Positions 1 to 8,838 of a stretch of DNA of 48,405 nt are shown one piece after another; the stretch's first letter is position 1, and the number at the start of each line of letters is the position of its first letter. Source of the DNA: Pseudomonadota bacterium (GTDB taxonomy: Bacteria; Bdellovibrionota_B; Oligoflexia; Silvanigrellales; Silvanigrellaceae); assembly GCA_039799905.1 (NCBI GenBank), contig JBDLRP010000025.1:1-48405 (forward strand), written 5' to 3'. Position numbers and translations under genes: made by a program. The notes beneath the pieces were generated by a model, which was not told the DNA's origin, made no database searches, and saw only the letters and a list, made by a program, of their open reading frames with translations.

Positions 1-89
1 AATCCTCGGGGACGGTCGTGGGTATCGGACGGATGAGTGCGTGTCTGAACCCTCCGTTGTCTTTGCGCACTTAGCTGTTTTTTTCTGTA

Positions 90-1214
90 ATGAAAACAAA
101 AAACATCCGGACGTCTGTCATGACCACACATTCTTCATCTGAATCTGTAGCTCTGCAATTTCATTCGGTTGTCTGTAAATCAGACGAAATGCCCTGCCAG
201 TGGACGGCCGGAGAAGCTGAAGAATCCGAAATCAGACTTCTCGTGCATGGCGGCGCCTGGGACATTCCCCAGACACTCCATGATGCTCATGCTGCCGGAG
301 TGCGCCATGCCTATGAATCGGCCCTCTCTGAATACCGCAAAGGGGCATCGGGGATGGAAATTGTTTTAGCCGCCCTCGAAGTGCTCGAACGCGATCCGAC
401 TTTTGATGCCGGCCGCGGAAGTTTCTTGAACGAGTGCGGAGAAGTCGAACTCGACGCCGGCGTTATGGAGGGTGCCCAACTGCGCGCGGGCGCCGTCGCA
501 GGCATCCGCAATTTTCTTCATCCATCCAAAATTGCCTATGACGTAATGACCCAGACAAACCACGCTTTGCTTGTGGGCGAGGGGGCAGAGCGCTTTGCAT
601 CGCGCTGTGGCCATAAGGCGCTCCCGCCCGACGAATTGGTAGACCCACGTGAGCGCGAGGTGTTTGCCCGTTGGATTGCCGCAGGCCGGCCGGATGCAAA
701 GGTGTTTTTTGCTTCTCCGGCTGCTGAGTCTCTGCGCTCGGGAAGCGAACCGGAAAAGCGCGGAACGGTGGGTGTTGTGGTCGCTCTGCGAGAAAAATCA
801 TCACAGGCAAAGAAATGGTCTCTATTCGCAGGCACAAGTACCGGCGGAACACCCGGTAAAATGCAGGGCCGGGTTGGAGATGTTCCCGTCATTGGCGCTG
901 GAGTCTACGCCGACGACGAGGGGGCCGCTGTTAGTTGCACCGGATGGGGCGAGGGGCTTCTAAGAATTGCCGCAGGACAACGCATTTCTGCGGCTGTTCG
1001 TGCGGGAGTTCCGCTGCAGAAGGCTGTTGCACAAACCCTTGCAGATTTGTGGCGGCGCATGGACGGACGTGCTGGAATCATTGCTGTTGATGGACAGGGT
1101 AACGTGGCGGCAAGCTTCAGTACACCCTTCATGGCATTTGCCGGTCCGGCTGGAGTGGTCTCTCACTTGCGGCGGGCAGACGCCTGTGACACAGTGCCGC
1201 GCCAAGACCGCTGA
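90..1214 (+). CDS. isoaspartyl peptidase / plant-type L-asparaginase (Ntn hydrolase)
   Basis: Motifs VHGGA, FDAGRGS, ELDAGVM, G|TVG (nucleophile Thr), TSTGG, GRVGD and SCTGWGE. True start is probably downstream of 90 (e.g. ATG 120 or 189). Confidence 0.9.
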   Translation: MKTKNIRTSVMTTHSSSESVALQFHSVVCKSDEMPCQWTAGEAEESEIRLLVHGGAWDIPQTLHDAHAAGVRHAYESALSEYRKGASGMEIVLAALEVLERDPTFDAGRGSFLNECGEVELDAGVMEGAQLRAGAVAGIRNFLHPSKIAYDVMTQTNHALLVGEGAERFASRCGHKALPPDELVDPREREVFARWIAAGRPDAKVFFASPAAESLRSGSEPEKRGTVGVVVALREKSSQAKKWSLFAGTSTGGTPGKMQGRVGDVPVIGAGVYADDEGAAVSCTGWGEGLLRIAAGQRISAAVRAGVPLQKAVAQTLADLWRRMDGRAGIIAVDGQGNVAASFSTPFMAFAGPAGVVSHLRRADACDTVPRQDR

Positions 1215-1235
1215 TACCATACTGGAGAGTCGCCT

Positions 1236-1946
1236 ATGTCATTGGGTGCTGGTGCCCTCGCGCTCCGTCGCGTGCAGATTCTTGTCGAACCCAAGCAGGT
1301 TCAGTTCAGAGAAATTTTAAAAAAGCTCAAAAAACGGAGTATTTCCCCGCTCGGGCCTGACGACGAGCGCGAAACGAGTACGGGTTGGTGCCATCCATAC
1401 AGTGGCGAGGCCAATTTCGACTTAGCTCACGAGCATCTCTACGAGCAGGCGTTCGTCTTTGGTTTGCGATCTGACGTCAAGCGCATCCCTGGAACTTACT
1501 TCAGGCTGCAAATGAAAAATGCGCTTGAAGCACTGCAGAGCAAGGGAAAGTCGGCACGCGGCGAGCAGGGGCGCTCGCAGGGAAAAAAACTCCGCGATGC
1601 GACCCGCGACAGGCTAAAGCAGGAATTGCTGCGCGGAACTCTTCCCTCCGTCCGCCTGACCGAGATCGTCTGGCATCTCGATTCCAACGAAATTTGGCTT
1701 CTCAGTGCCTCGCAGGCTGTGTATGACGAGTTCGAAAAGCTGTTCGTTGAAACGTTCGGCTGGCCACTTGCGCAATACAACGCAGGCACGATGGGTGTTG
1801 ATTTTAACCGCATGCTGCACGGCTTGTCGGTGTCGCTCGACGAGCACATCAATTTGAGCCCAGCGGATTTCCGCGAGACGCAATCGGACGGTCTGCCTCG
1901 GAGTGTTTCTGCGCCGGCATTGCAAGGTGCGACGGATTTATTTTGA
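1236..1946 (+). CDS. RdgC-like recombination-associated protein (short delta/Bdellovibrionota type)
   Basis: Pattern STGW..P, LRSDVKRIP, LKQELL..TLPS, IVWHLD, FEKLFVETFG resembles the RdgC N-terminal half. GGAG RBS upstream. Confidence 0.6.
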   Translation: MSLGAGALALRRVQILVEPKQVQFREILKKLKKRSISPLGPDDERETSTGWCHPYSGEANFDLAHEHLYEQAFVFGLRSDVKRIPGTYFRLQMKNALEALQSKGKSARGEQGRSQGKKLRDATRDRLKQELLRGTLPSVRLTEIVWHLDSNEIWLLSASQAVYDEFEKLFVETFGWPLAQYNAGTMGVDFNRMLHGLSVSLDEHINLSPADFRETQSDGLPRSVSAPALQGATDLF

Positions 1947-1975
1947 AGACCTTTTTTTGATTTGAAGGATTCCGC

Positions 1976-2626
1976 ATGATGGACGCACTTCCGCAATTGA
2001 GCCGGTTTGAAAAACTCGGAGAAATCCTTTTTCGTCTGCGCGACTACACACCCATTCCCATCATCATCTGTGCTATCCTTTTTGCTCAGCCGACGTTGCT
2101 CTCGTTGCTTGTCGGTGGGCTTGTCGCACTGACCGGTGAGCTCATCCGCACCTATGGTGTGGCCTACATCGGCACCATCTCGCGCACGCGCAGCTATTCC
2201 AACGGTCAACTGGTCAAAGAAGGCCCTTTTGCGCTATTGCGAAATCCGCTTTATTTCGGAAATTTGGTGCTGAGCATCGGTTTGTCTTTGATGTGCAATG
2301 TAAATTGGCTGCCGCCGGTGGTTGTTGCGGTTTTTTATGCTCAGTACATTCCAGTTGTGGCGTGGGAAGAGCGTAAACTCACTCACATCTTTGGTGATGC
2401 TTATGCGCAATACAAAGCATCTGTGCCGAACCGCTGGTTTCCGAGTTTGTCACGCATCCGTGAGACAAGTCTGTATGCGGCTCCGCAATCGTGGGGGCCG
2501 GCACTGCGTAGCGAGAAGCGTACGCTGACCTCGGTCATCACCTACTTTGTGATCATGTCAGTAATTTATTGGGCATTGCAGTCCGGTGCGATGGAATTGC
2601 CACTCATAACCCATCTCTTGCGCTAA
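1976..2626 (+). CDS. isoprenylcysteine carboxyl/phospholipid methyltransferase family membrane protein
   Basis: Motifs LVKEGPFALLRNPLYFG and EERKL...FGDAYAQYK..VP; several TM segments. Confidence 0.85.
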   Translation: MMDALPQLSRFEKLGEILFRLRDYTPIPIIICAILFAQPTLLSLLVGGLVALTGELIRTYGVAYIGTISRTRSYSNGQLVKEGPFALLRNPLYFGNLVLSIGLSLMCNVNWLPPVVVAVFYAQYIPVVAWEERKLTHIFGDAYAQYKASVPNRWFPSLSRIRETSLYAAPQSWGPALRSEKRTLTSVITYFVIMSVIYWALQSGAMELPLITHLLR

Positions 2627-2716
2627 GACTGTCTAAAAAAAATACAATCTAATGCGCATTTCCAGCACTTTTCTTCACATCTGACAAGTTGTCTCTGCAC
2701 TGCAAAATTCTCCCGT

Positions 2717-2742
2717 TCAACCTTCACAGAGAGCACCGAAGA
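2717..2742 (+). promoter_or_regulatory. weak sigma28-like promoter for the putative sRNA
   Basis: TCAA-N14-ACCGAAGA; the spacer is 1 nt short. It would place the start near 2750, the first base of the closing helix. Confidence 0.3.
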
Positions 2743-2749
2743 CTTTTTC

Positions 2750-3008
2750 AGTGGGCTCTGCAGGCGGTTTTGCAACGCTTCAGGGACGAAGAAAAAAAGC
2801 CCCGTTGCGCAGGATGCGCACCTGAATCTTAAAAAGCAGATTCAGGACTGCCAGTAAGGCCGATTCTCAGGAAGAGAATCTGTTGTGGGGGCGAGTTGAT
2901 CGACCGTCGCAGGGCGGAGCCCACTTTGTTCCCCGTGCCCGCCCTAAAAGCTGGGCGCGGGGTACCCCAAAGAAGAGGGCCGGCAGGAAGCCGGCCCTTT
3001 GTATTTTT
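2750..3008 (+). ncRNA. putative CsrA/RsmA-binding sRNA (CsrB/RsmZ-like, multiple GGA hairpins)
   Basis: GGA-loop hairpins cttc-AGGGAC-gaag (2778-2791), tgcgc-AGGAT-gcgca (2806-2820), gattctc-AGGAA-gagaatc (2862-2880) and agggccggc-AGGAA-gccggccct (2976-2998, followed by a T-rich tail). A 12-bp long-range helix pairs 2750-2761 with 2914-2925. No convincing ORF. Confidence 0.6.
2976..3008 (+). terminator. intrinsic terminator (possibly bidirectional)
   Basis: 9-bp GC-rich stem followed by ttgtattttt. An A-rich tract upstream could serve the convergent protease gene. Confidence 0.6.
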
Positions 3009-3069
3009 AAAAGTAGAAGTTCTGCAGCGGAAACTGACAAAAGCAATACGATGGCGAAAGATTATCGCT

Positions 3070-4143
3070 TCACAGACCAGGTGATCCACAAATCTCTAGA
3101 TCTATGCACTCACAATGCTTTGGATAGCAGGCAGCACCTCCTCCATATTTTTCGCAGTTTGCCAGTTGTGAATTGTTGCAGTTTCCGTAGCCGTCAGAGG
3201 GTTTGAATGCTCCGACCGGTGGTTGTCCGACCTGCGGCTGTCCGACCTGCGGTTGTCCGACCTGCGGTTGTCCGACCTGCGGTTGCTCATCTTGCTGCTG
3301 TCCGACTTGCTGGTTGCTTGAGATTGGTTTTTGCGGAGTGGGCTGCGCAACTGGTTTGGGGTACAGCGCGTTGACTGTTTGAATGTCTCTGGTGGAAAAG
3401 CCGACAGCCACAGCTGAGTTGCGTTCGAATATGTAGCAGTAATTCATTATCGAATATGGATCATAGCTTGTTCCAACAACTCTAATGCTATTCGCGTTTC
3501 CTGTATCTTTCCATACGTTAAAATGCACGGCGGCTGTTTCCTGTGTTTTTGAACAGGTGGTTTTCGCCTGCGCGTGCTCGTGAAGCATGCCTACTGCGTG
3601 ACCCATTTCGTGCAAAAACGTCGACTGGAATTCCGAAATAGCGGTGGAAATTCCAATCTTGCTTTGCGTGGTTTTAAAAATGTGTGAGTTCAATGCGAGA
3701 GTGGGTTCAGCTCGAACCGTCGACGGAATTCTTTGAGGCAGGCCGAACGTTTGAATGCCGTAGATTTTTCCATTGCCGATTTGACTCATGCCGTGAAGCC
3801 GGTTGCGGATGTTTTCTGGATCATTGGTGGGGAAATCCTCAGCGTCCCACCAAGTCAGCCTGATTTCATTTGCCGAACTCTTGGGGCCACACGGACCAAA
3901 CCCCTGAAGCGACAGGTTTGTGCGTGCAAACTGATCTCTGGCGTGAGCGAATAGTGCTCCAGTGACATTCACAAGCTCACGATCCGCAAATCCTCTGCTT
4001 TCATAGCAAACGTTCAGTGTGTTTCCTCCATATGAGGTGCCCGCGACTCCCCAGCCAGAAGTGCGGCTGTCGGACTGTTTGTTGCAACCGAGGACAAAGT
4101 GACTTGTGCAAAGTGCAAGAACAACTGGGAATAATGTTTTCAT
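3070..4143 (-). CDS. metzincin (astacin/M12-like) zinc metalloprotease lipoprotein
   Basis: Lipobox VLGC, HEMGHAVGMLHEH zinc motif, SIMNY Met-turn, Q/P-rich linker and Cys-rich C-terminus. Confidence 0.85.
   Translation of the reverse strand: MKTLFPVVLALCTSHFVLGCNKQSDSRTSGWGVAGTSYGGNTLNVCYESRGFADRELVNVTGALFAHARDQFARTNLSLQGFGPCGPKSSANEIRLTWWDAEDFPTNDPENIRNRLHGMSQIGNGKIYGIQTFGLPQRIPSTVRAEPTLALNSHIFKTTQSKIGISTAISEFQSTFLHEMGHAVGMLHEHAQAKTTCSKTQETAAVHFNVWKDTGNANSIRVVGTSYDPYSIMNYCYIFERNSAVAVGFSTRDIQTVNALYPKPVAQPTPQKPISSNQQVGQQQDEQPQVGQPQVGQPQVGQPQVGQPPVGAFKPSDGYGNCNNSQLANCEKYGGGAACYPKHCECIDLEICGSPGL
3211..3285. repeat. 15-bp coding tandem repeat (QPQVG x4 plus degenerate copy)
   Basis: gg(t/c)tgtccgacctgc units at 3221, 3236, 3251 and 3266, with partial flanking copies. 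Confidence 0.95.
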
Positions 4144-4167
4144 TTTTCAACCCTCAAAATCTTCAAG

Positions 4168-4195
4168 GTATCGGAGTGACTTCGTTGGAGTATGA
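4168..4195 (-). promoter_or_regulatory. sigma28-like promoter
   Basis: TCAT-N16-TCCGATAC on the minus strand, 25 nt upstream of the metalloprotease ATG. Confidence 0.5.
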
Positions 4196-4448
4196 GAACT
4201 AATTTTTATTGGCTCATTTTTAATTTCCGCGGATGCGCTGATATTTTTACAAACAGCTTTTTCAGATGGCTTCGAGCGTGACAGCGACGTGGCCGCGGAA
4301 ACGGACAGCTGAGCTCTTTTCTTAGCGACAAAAAAAGGAACTGTAGAATATTGTTAGTTTGTGGGCTGTTCTGAAGTTCCTGGTTATTTATCAAACGACT
4401 TACATGTTGCTTTGCTCAGTGCTCCTCAGAACGTACGGTTTCAAAAGC

Positions 4449-4475
4449 TCAAGTTATTTGTCCTCTTTCCGACAG
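4449..4475 (+). promoter_or_regulatory. sigma28-like promoter
   Basis: TCAA-N15-TCCGACAG upstream of the lipoprotein at 4504. Confidence 0.55.
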
Positions 4476-4503
4476 TACGTGGACTGGTGGCGGGGTAAGC
4501 GGC

Positions 4504-5094
4504 ATGAATGACAAGTTTTCTGTTTTTGCGGTCAGCGTTTTTATCGTGGCTGGATGCAATTCCAAAACCGACGATCCCAATGAAGCCGATTTACAGAGCG
4601 GCTCTGCTGGGGCTGCTTGCAGCAATCCAGACAAGTGGACTTCTTCAGCATGCGGCAAAGACACATCCCAAGTTGTAATCCGAGAGGCATTTGGTGTCTT
4701 CCCGAAGATGGATCAAGCCACTCAAGCCAGAGGGTTTCGCTTGTGTGCGGGAAGGGCTGAAGCCTTTGTCAACGGGCGGTGGGAATCGAACGTTTTCGGG
4801 GTTTGGTTGAATGGCTTCAATCTTGGCTGTCACAAGGGAGTCGGTTACAAAATTTCGGGATCCGCGCAAGGCGCGAACGTTGTCACGATTTTCAAACGCG
4901 GTGCATTTGAGGGAAGTGCGAACACGCAAGATTCCGGATTTTTGAAGGACATAAAGACCGGCAAAGAGGTGGGCAGCATCGAGAGAGGTGGATCCGGCAA
5001 TGATTCCAGGCTAGTCGCGCTGTGTATTGAAAGCTATGCAAGCGCTTGTTCGATTTCGGCGAATGGCGGGACTCTGAAGTACGATGCAAAATAA
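4504..5094 (+). CDS. hypothetical lipoprotein
   Basis: Signal peptide with lipobox VAGC, paired Cys, beta-rich mature part; no family recognised. Confidence 0.75.
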   Translation: MNDKFSVFAVSVFIVAGCNSKTDDPNEADLQSGSAGAACSNPDKWTSSACGKDTSQVVIREAFGVFPKMDQATQARGFRLCAGRAEAFVNGRWESNVFGVWLNGFNLGCHKGVGYKISGSAQGANVVTIFKRGAFEGSANTQDSGFLKDIKTGKEVGSIERGGSGNDSRLVALCIESYASACSISANGGTLKYDAK

Positions 5095-5165
5095 GAGCCG
5101 GCGCTGAGCCGGCCCCTCGATTCATTTCCCTGCTGCGCCGCTCAGGCTAAGCAAAACTCAATGAA

Positions 5166-6887
5166 TTATTGCTTGTCGGCCTTGAACATAAACTTCTGTG
5201 TAAATCCAGCAGAGCCGCCGGTTGCCGAATTGCAGACCGGATTTTGATCGACAGATTTCTCCGTCATAACGAGCTCGATCAAAACTTCAGTATCTGACAG
5301 TTTGTTCAGCGCCATGTCGACAGATTCCGCAAAGCGGCAGTTGATGAACGAGTTGCCGCCGTCTTTGGAGCCTGCCGGTACGCCACGGAAATAGGTTTTT
5401 TCATCATGCACAGCAGCTGTCGTGTCGCTCGTATAGGTGAGCAGGTTCATGACAAACTGGTTGGTGGAACGCTGCGGGCCGTCGCCGCGCATCACGAATT
5501 GCGATGGTTCTTTTGCACCCCAGTTGAGGTGAACATCGGCAATACATGCGTCGCCATTGTCGCGGTTCTGATAATAGTAGTTCGCATAGCACTGCAGCCT
5601 TTGAAGCTCGCTGCCCGCGCTAGAGCAGGCGCCGTTGTAGTCTGCGTCCCGTACAAAGTTCGCATTGGTCAATTTAACACCATTGGCGTTAACGATACCA
5701 TGAATTCCCTTGCACGTAATTGCCTTGCCGTTCTCTTTGAGGGTTCCCGTATTGCTGCAAACATCCAGTGATTGAATTTTGTCAAAGGGTTGGCAAGAAC
5801 CGTTGTTGTTCCACGTGACAGGATCGTTATGCCAGTTTTTGATTTCCACGGGCGAGCCGTCATCGTAGCGGCAGCCGGAGTCGCGCGAGTTGACGTTGAC
5901 ACTGTAAGCCACTGCACTGTTCGCTGTTCCCTTGCACTTCATGACCTCTACGTCGTTGATTCTGTCAGGCGTGCAGTTTGGAATCGGATAGGTTGTTGTT
6001 GCAGAGGAGCTTTTCCAACCTTGCTCCCAGCCGGCAGTCCACGTAAATCCGCCGTCTCCCAACCCAGAACTCGAGAAGTCGATGCCGACTTTGGCCTTGG
6101 CATCATCATTTCTAAACCCGAGTTTTTGTCCGCAATTTTCGAAGGCAGTCTTTGATTTCCAGATGCCCATCGCATAGGCGTCGGAATTGTCGGTCGTCTT
6201 CTTACCGGCAATGCGTTTCAGATAAATATCCATGCCCTTTGCGGGACCTTTGCAATCGTCACTCCCTGCGGAACAGTCGATAGCCGTCTGATAGCCCTCG
6301 GGAAGATTATCAGTAGCCTTGAGTTTCCAAGTTCCGGTGAAGTCGAAACCGCTGCCGCTGAATGCCTTAACCGCGCTCTTGAAGTTGGCGACGTTTGCCT
6401 TTGCCTTGCCGGTTGCAGTATCGACCTTGATGGTCCCCATGCTGGTGTTGCCAGAGAACGCCAGTCGCGCGTCGCTTTTGGCATCGCCGTCGACGTTCTT
6501 TGAATCAGTGTCTTCAAAGACCATGGTTGCCACAGTGTCTGTGCCATTGAGAATAAAACAGCCGACGGACACCCCATTGGCTTCAATATCGAGCGAGAAA
6601 TTACCGTTGCCGTCCACTTCACCAGTGCCAGCTTTGGGTGGAAACGCAAACGAGACGCAGTAAACCTTGAGTGCGTCGACTTCAAGATTGCTGGCCGCGT
6701 TCAGACCCGCAAGATTTAATGCGGCAGCTGTCGAAGAGTTTTCCAGCGCGAGTTGACCTGAAATGGTAATCGAGGCTCCTTCGCCGAGACCCTCGCTGAC
6801 CGAAGATTTTTTCTTACCGCAACCTGCGGCCGCCAGCACAACCGACATGAGACCCACAGCACAGACATTCCAGCGCGCAGCACTCAT
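5166..6887 (-). CDS. large Cys-rich hypothetical lipoprotein
   Basis: AGGAG RBS before ATG 6887, lipobox AAGC, about 570 aa with many Cys; no family recognised. Confidence 0.8.
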   Translation of the reverse strand: MSAARWNVCAVGLMSVVLAAAGCGKKKSSVSEGLGEGASITISGQLALENSSTAAALNLAGLNAASNLEVDALKVYCVSFAFPPKAGTGEVDGNGNFSLDIEANGVSVGCFILNGTDTVATMVFEDTDSKNVDGDAKSDARLAFSGNTSMGTIKVDTATGKAKANVANFKSAVKAFSGSGFDFTGTWKLKATDNLPEGYQTAIDCSAGSDDCKGPAKGMDIYLKRIAGKKTTDNSDAYAMGIWKSKTAFENCGQKLGFRNDDAKAKVGIDFSSSGLGDGGFTWTAGWEQGWKSSSATTTYPIPNCTPDRINDVEVMKCKGTANSAVAYSVNVNSRDSGCRYDDGSPVEIKNWHNDPVTWNNNGSCQPFDKIQSLDVCSNTGTLKENGKAITCKGIHGIVNANGVKLTNANFVRDADYNGACSSAGSELQRLQCYANYYYQNRDNGDACIADVHLNWGAKEPSQFVMRGDGPQRSTNQFVMNLLTYTSDTTAAVHDEKTYFRGVPAGSKDGGNSFINCRFAESVDMALNKLSDTEVLIELVMTEKSVDQNPVCNSATGGSAGFTQKFMFKADKQ

Positions 6888-7074
6888 AAAAACACTCCTC
6901 AACTTCGGTCCGCAAAGGGACCATGTGATACGAAACGGAACAGCGAAACAACGGACGCACCACTCGGTGCACCCGACCGGCTCAGTATCGGGAAAAAGTT
7001 GGGCTCAACACAGATGAATGTCATTTTGGTAACAGTGCCGATTTTTAATCAACAACGTCTGCAGGCGGTAATTG

Positions 7075-7611
7075 TTACAGGGTGAGGAGTGAATAAACGC
7101 CGGCGGCGGGGGCGAGCTCCTGGAGAGCCTTGCGGCCATTGAGAAATGAAAGCTCAATGACAAAAGAAAATCCTGCCAAAGTGCCGCCGTTCGATTGCAC
7201 CAAGCGAGCCACGGCTGCTGCTGTTCCGCCGGTTGCGATGACGTCATCAACAATAAGGTAACGCCCGCCGGAGTGGATAGAGGACTTTTGGATTTCGACG
7301 TGGTCGATTCCGTACTCCAACGTGTAGCTCTGTTTGAGAACCTCGCCAGGGAGTTTGCCGGCTTTGCGCGCCGGAATAAACGGCAAATTAAGTTCGGCAG
7401 CCAACGGCATCCCGAACAGAAAGCCACGGCTTTCCATACCAATGATGTGCGTCGCGGAGCAGTCGCCCGCGTGTTCTGCCAAATGCCGAAGCACACGCTT
7501 GAATGCAGCTGGGTTTGCCAGCAATGGACAAATATCCTTGAAGACGATCCCCGGTTTTGGAAAATCAGGATAGTCTTTGAGAATAGACAAAAGCTCTTGT
7601 TGAATGTTCAT
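7075..7611 (-). CDS. apt: adenine phosphoribosyltransferase
   Basis: Motifs PDFPKPGIVFKDI, ESRGF, RKAGKLP, YTLEYG and the PRPP loop IVDDVIATGGT. Confidence 0.97.
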   Translation of the reverse strand: MNIQQELLSILKDYPDFPKPGIVFKDICPLLANPAAFKRVLRHLAEHAGDCSATHIIGMESRGFLFGMPLAAELNLPFIPARKAGKLPGEVLKQSYTLEYGIDHVEIQKSSIHSGGRYLIVDDVIATGGTAAAVARLVQSNGGTLAGFSFVIELSFLNGRKALQELAPAAGVYSLLTL

Positions 7612-7634
7612 GAATTTACTCTTTCAAAGAATAA

Positions 7635-8778
7635 TTACAGATCGTCATCTCCACCGCCGCCGCCTTTGCCTTTGAAGCTTCCCGCAGCCGACTGGCGAAG
7701 GAACTCAAGGGAAAATTCAGCGATGTCGCCATCGAGAACCTTTTGTGGATCCGAGGACTGACACAGGGTGCGGGTGTCTTTGACCATTTTATAAGGATGC
7801 AGGACATACGAACGGATTTGCGAACCAAATGCGTTGTCCATCTTGGAATCCTCAATGGCGCGGCTTTCGGCCGTGCGCTTGTTGATTTCAATCTCATAGA
7901 GTTTCGCCTTGAGCAGCTTCATACACGTCTCACGGTTCTGAATCTGGCTGCGCTGGCTCTGTGACTGAACGACGATACCGCTGGGCATGTGGGTCATACG
8001 CACTGCCGAGTCGGTTCGGTTGACGTGCTGACCACCGGCGCCGCCGGCTCGATAGGTATCCACGCGCAAATCGCTATCCTTAACCTCGATGTTGATATCA
8101 TCGTCGACCACGGGGCTTACGAACACCGAGCAAAACGAGGTGTGCCGGCGTGCATTTGAGTCGTAGGGCGAAATCCGCACCAAGCGGTGCACGCCGATCT
8201 CCGACTTCAAAAGTCCATAGGCGAAGTCGCCGTCGACAGTGATCGTGGCGTTGCGTATTCCGGCGCCTTCACCCTCAAGCTCGTCGACAACCTGCGCCTT
8301 CCACTTGCGCACGTCGCAATGACGCAGGATCATGCGCATGACCATCAAAGCCCAATCGCATGCCTCGGTTCCGCCGGCACCTGCGTTGATTTGAACAATC
8401 GCGGCGTTTTTGTCTGTTTCACCCGAAAGCAAGCGCTGTGTTTCGAGGTCGGTCACCTTAGCGTCAAGTTCATCAAGAGCTGCATCGGCTTCTTTTTCTG
8501 TGGCTTCGTCGCCCGCTTCACCGAATTCAATCAAAACCAGCGCATCGTCGGCCATACGTTGAATGACTGCCACGTTACTGAAGCCGTCTTCGAGTGCCTT
8601 TTTCTCTTTGAGAATTTTAGATGACTTGCGTCTGTCGTTCCAGAAGTTGGGATCGCTCTGACTTTCCGCGTCGATTTCCATCATCCGCTTGCGCCGCAAT
8701 GGCGTGTCAAAGTGACCTCCGGATTGGTTCGTACTTACTCATCACTTCTTGAAGGCGATTGCGCTGTATTTCGCTCAT
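7635..8778 (-). CDS. prfB: peptide chain release factor 2, with programmed +1 frameshift
   Basis: GGQ motif, SPY (SPF-type) motif and NAFGSQIRSYV. A 23-codon first frame from ATG 8778 ends in CTT TGA C. Confidence 0.97.
8706..8720 (-). promoter_or_regulatory. prfB +1 frameshift cassette
   Basis: GGAGGT-CA-CTT-TGA-C: internal SD followed by the slippery CTT TGA C. Confidence 0.95.
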
Positions 8779-8838
8779 TTCTTTTCTAACTCCATTTAAA
8801 CCAGTCTGTATTTTTCGCCGTGGTGAAAAAGAATCAAC

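Noticed and set aside
2750..2925. 6S RNA, tmRNA, RNase P, SRP or c-di-GMP riboswitch identity for the structured RNA
   Set aside because: The 176-nt closed domain is 6S-sized, but its interior is a multi-hairpin junction rather than a rod with a bubble. Hallmark sequences of the other RNAs were not seen. A cmscan is still needed.
2829..3206. Short ORFs across the intergenic region (86, 107 and 62 aa)
   Set aside because: No RBS, non-ATG starts and no protein-like motifs; the sequence is better explained by RNA structure.
3211..3285. CRISPR-like repeat
   Set aside because: Head-to-tail 15-mers without spacers, in frame inside a CDS; no cas genes.
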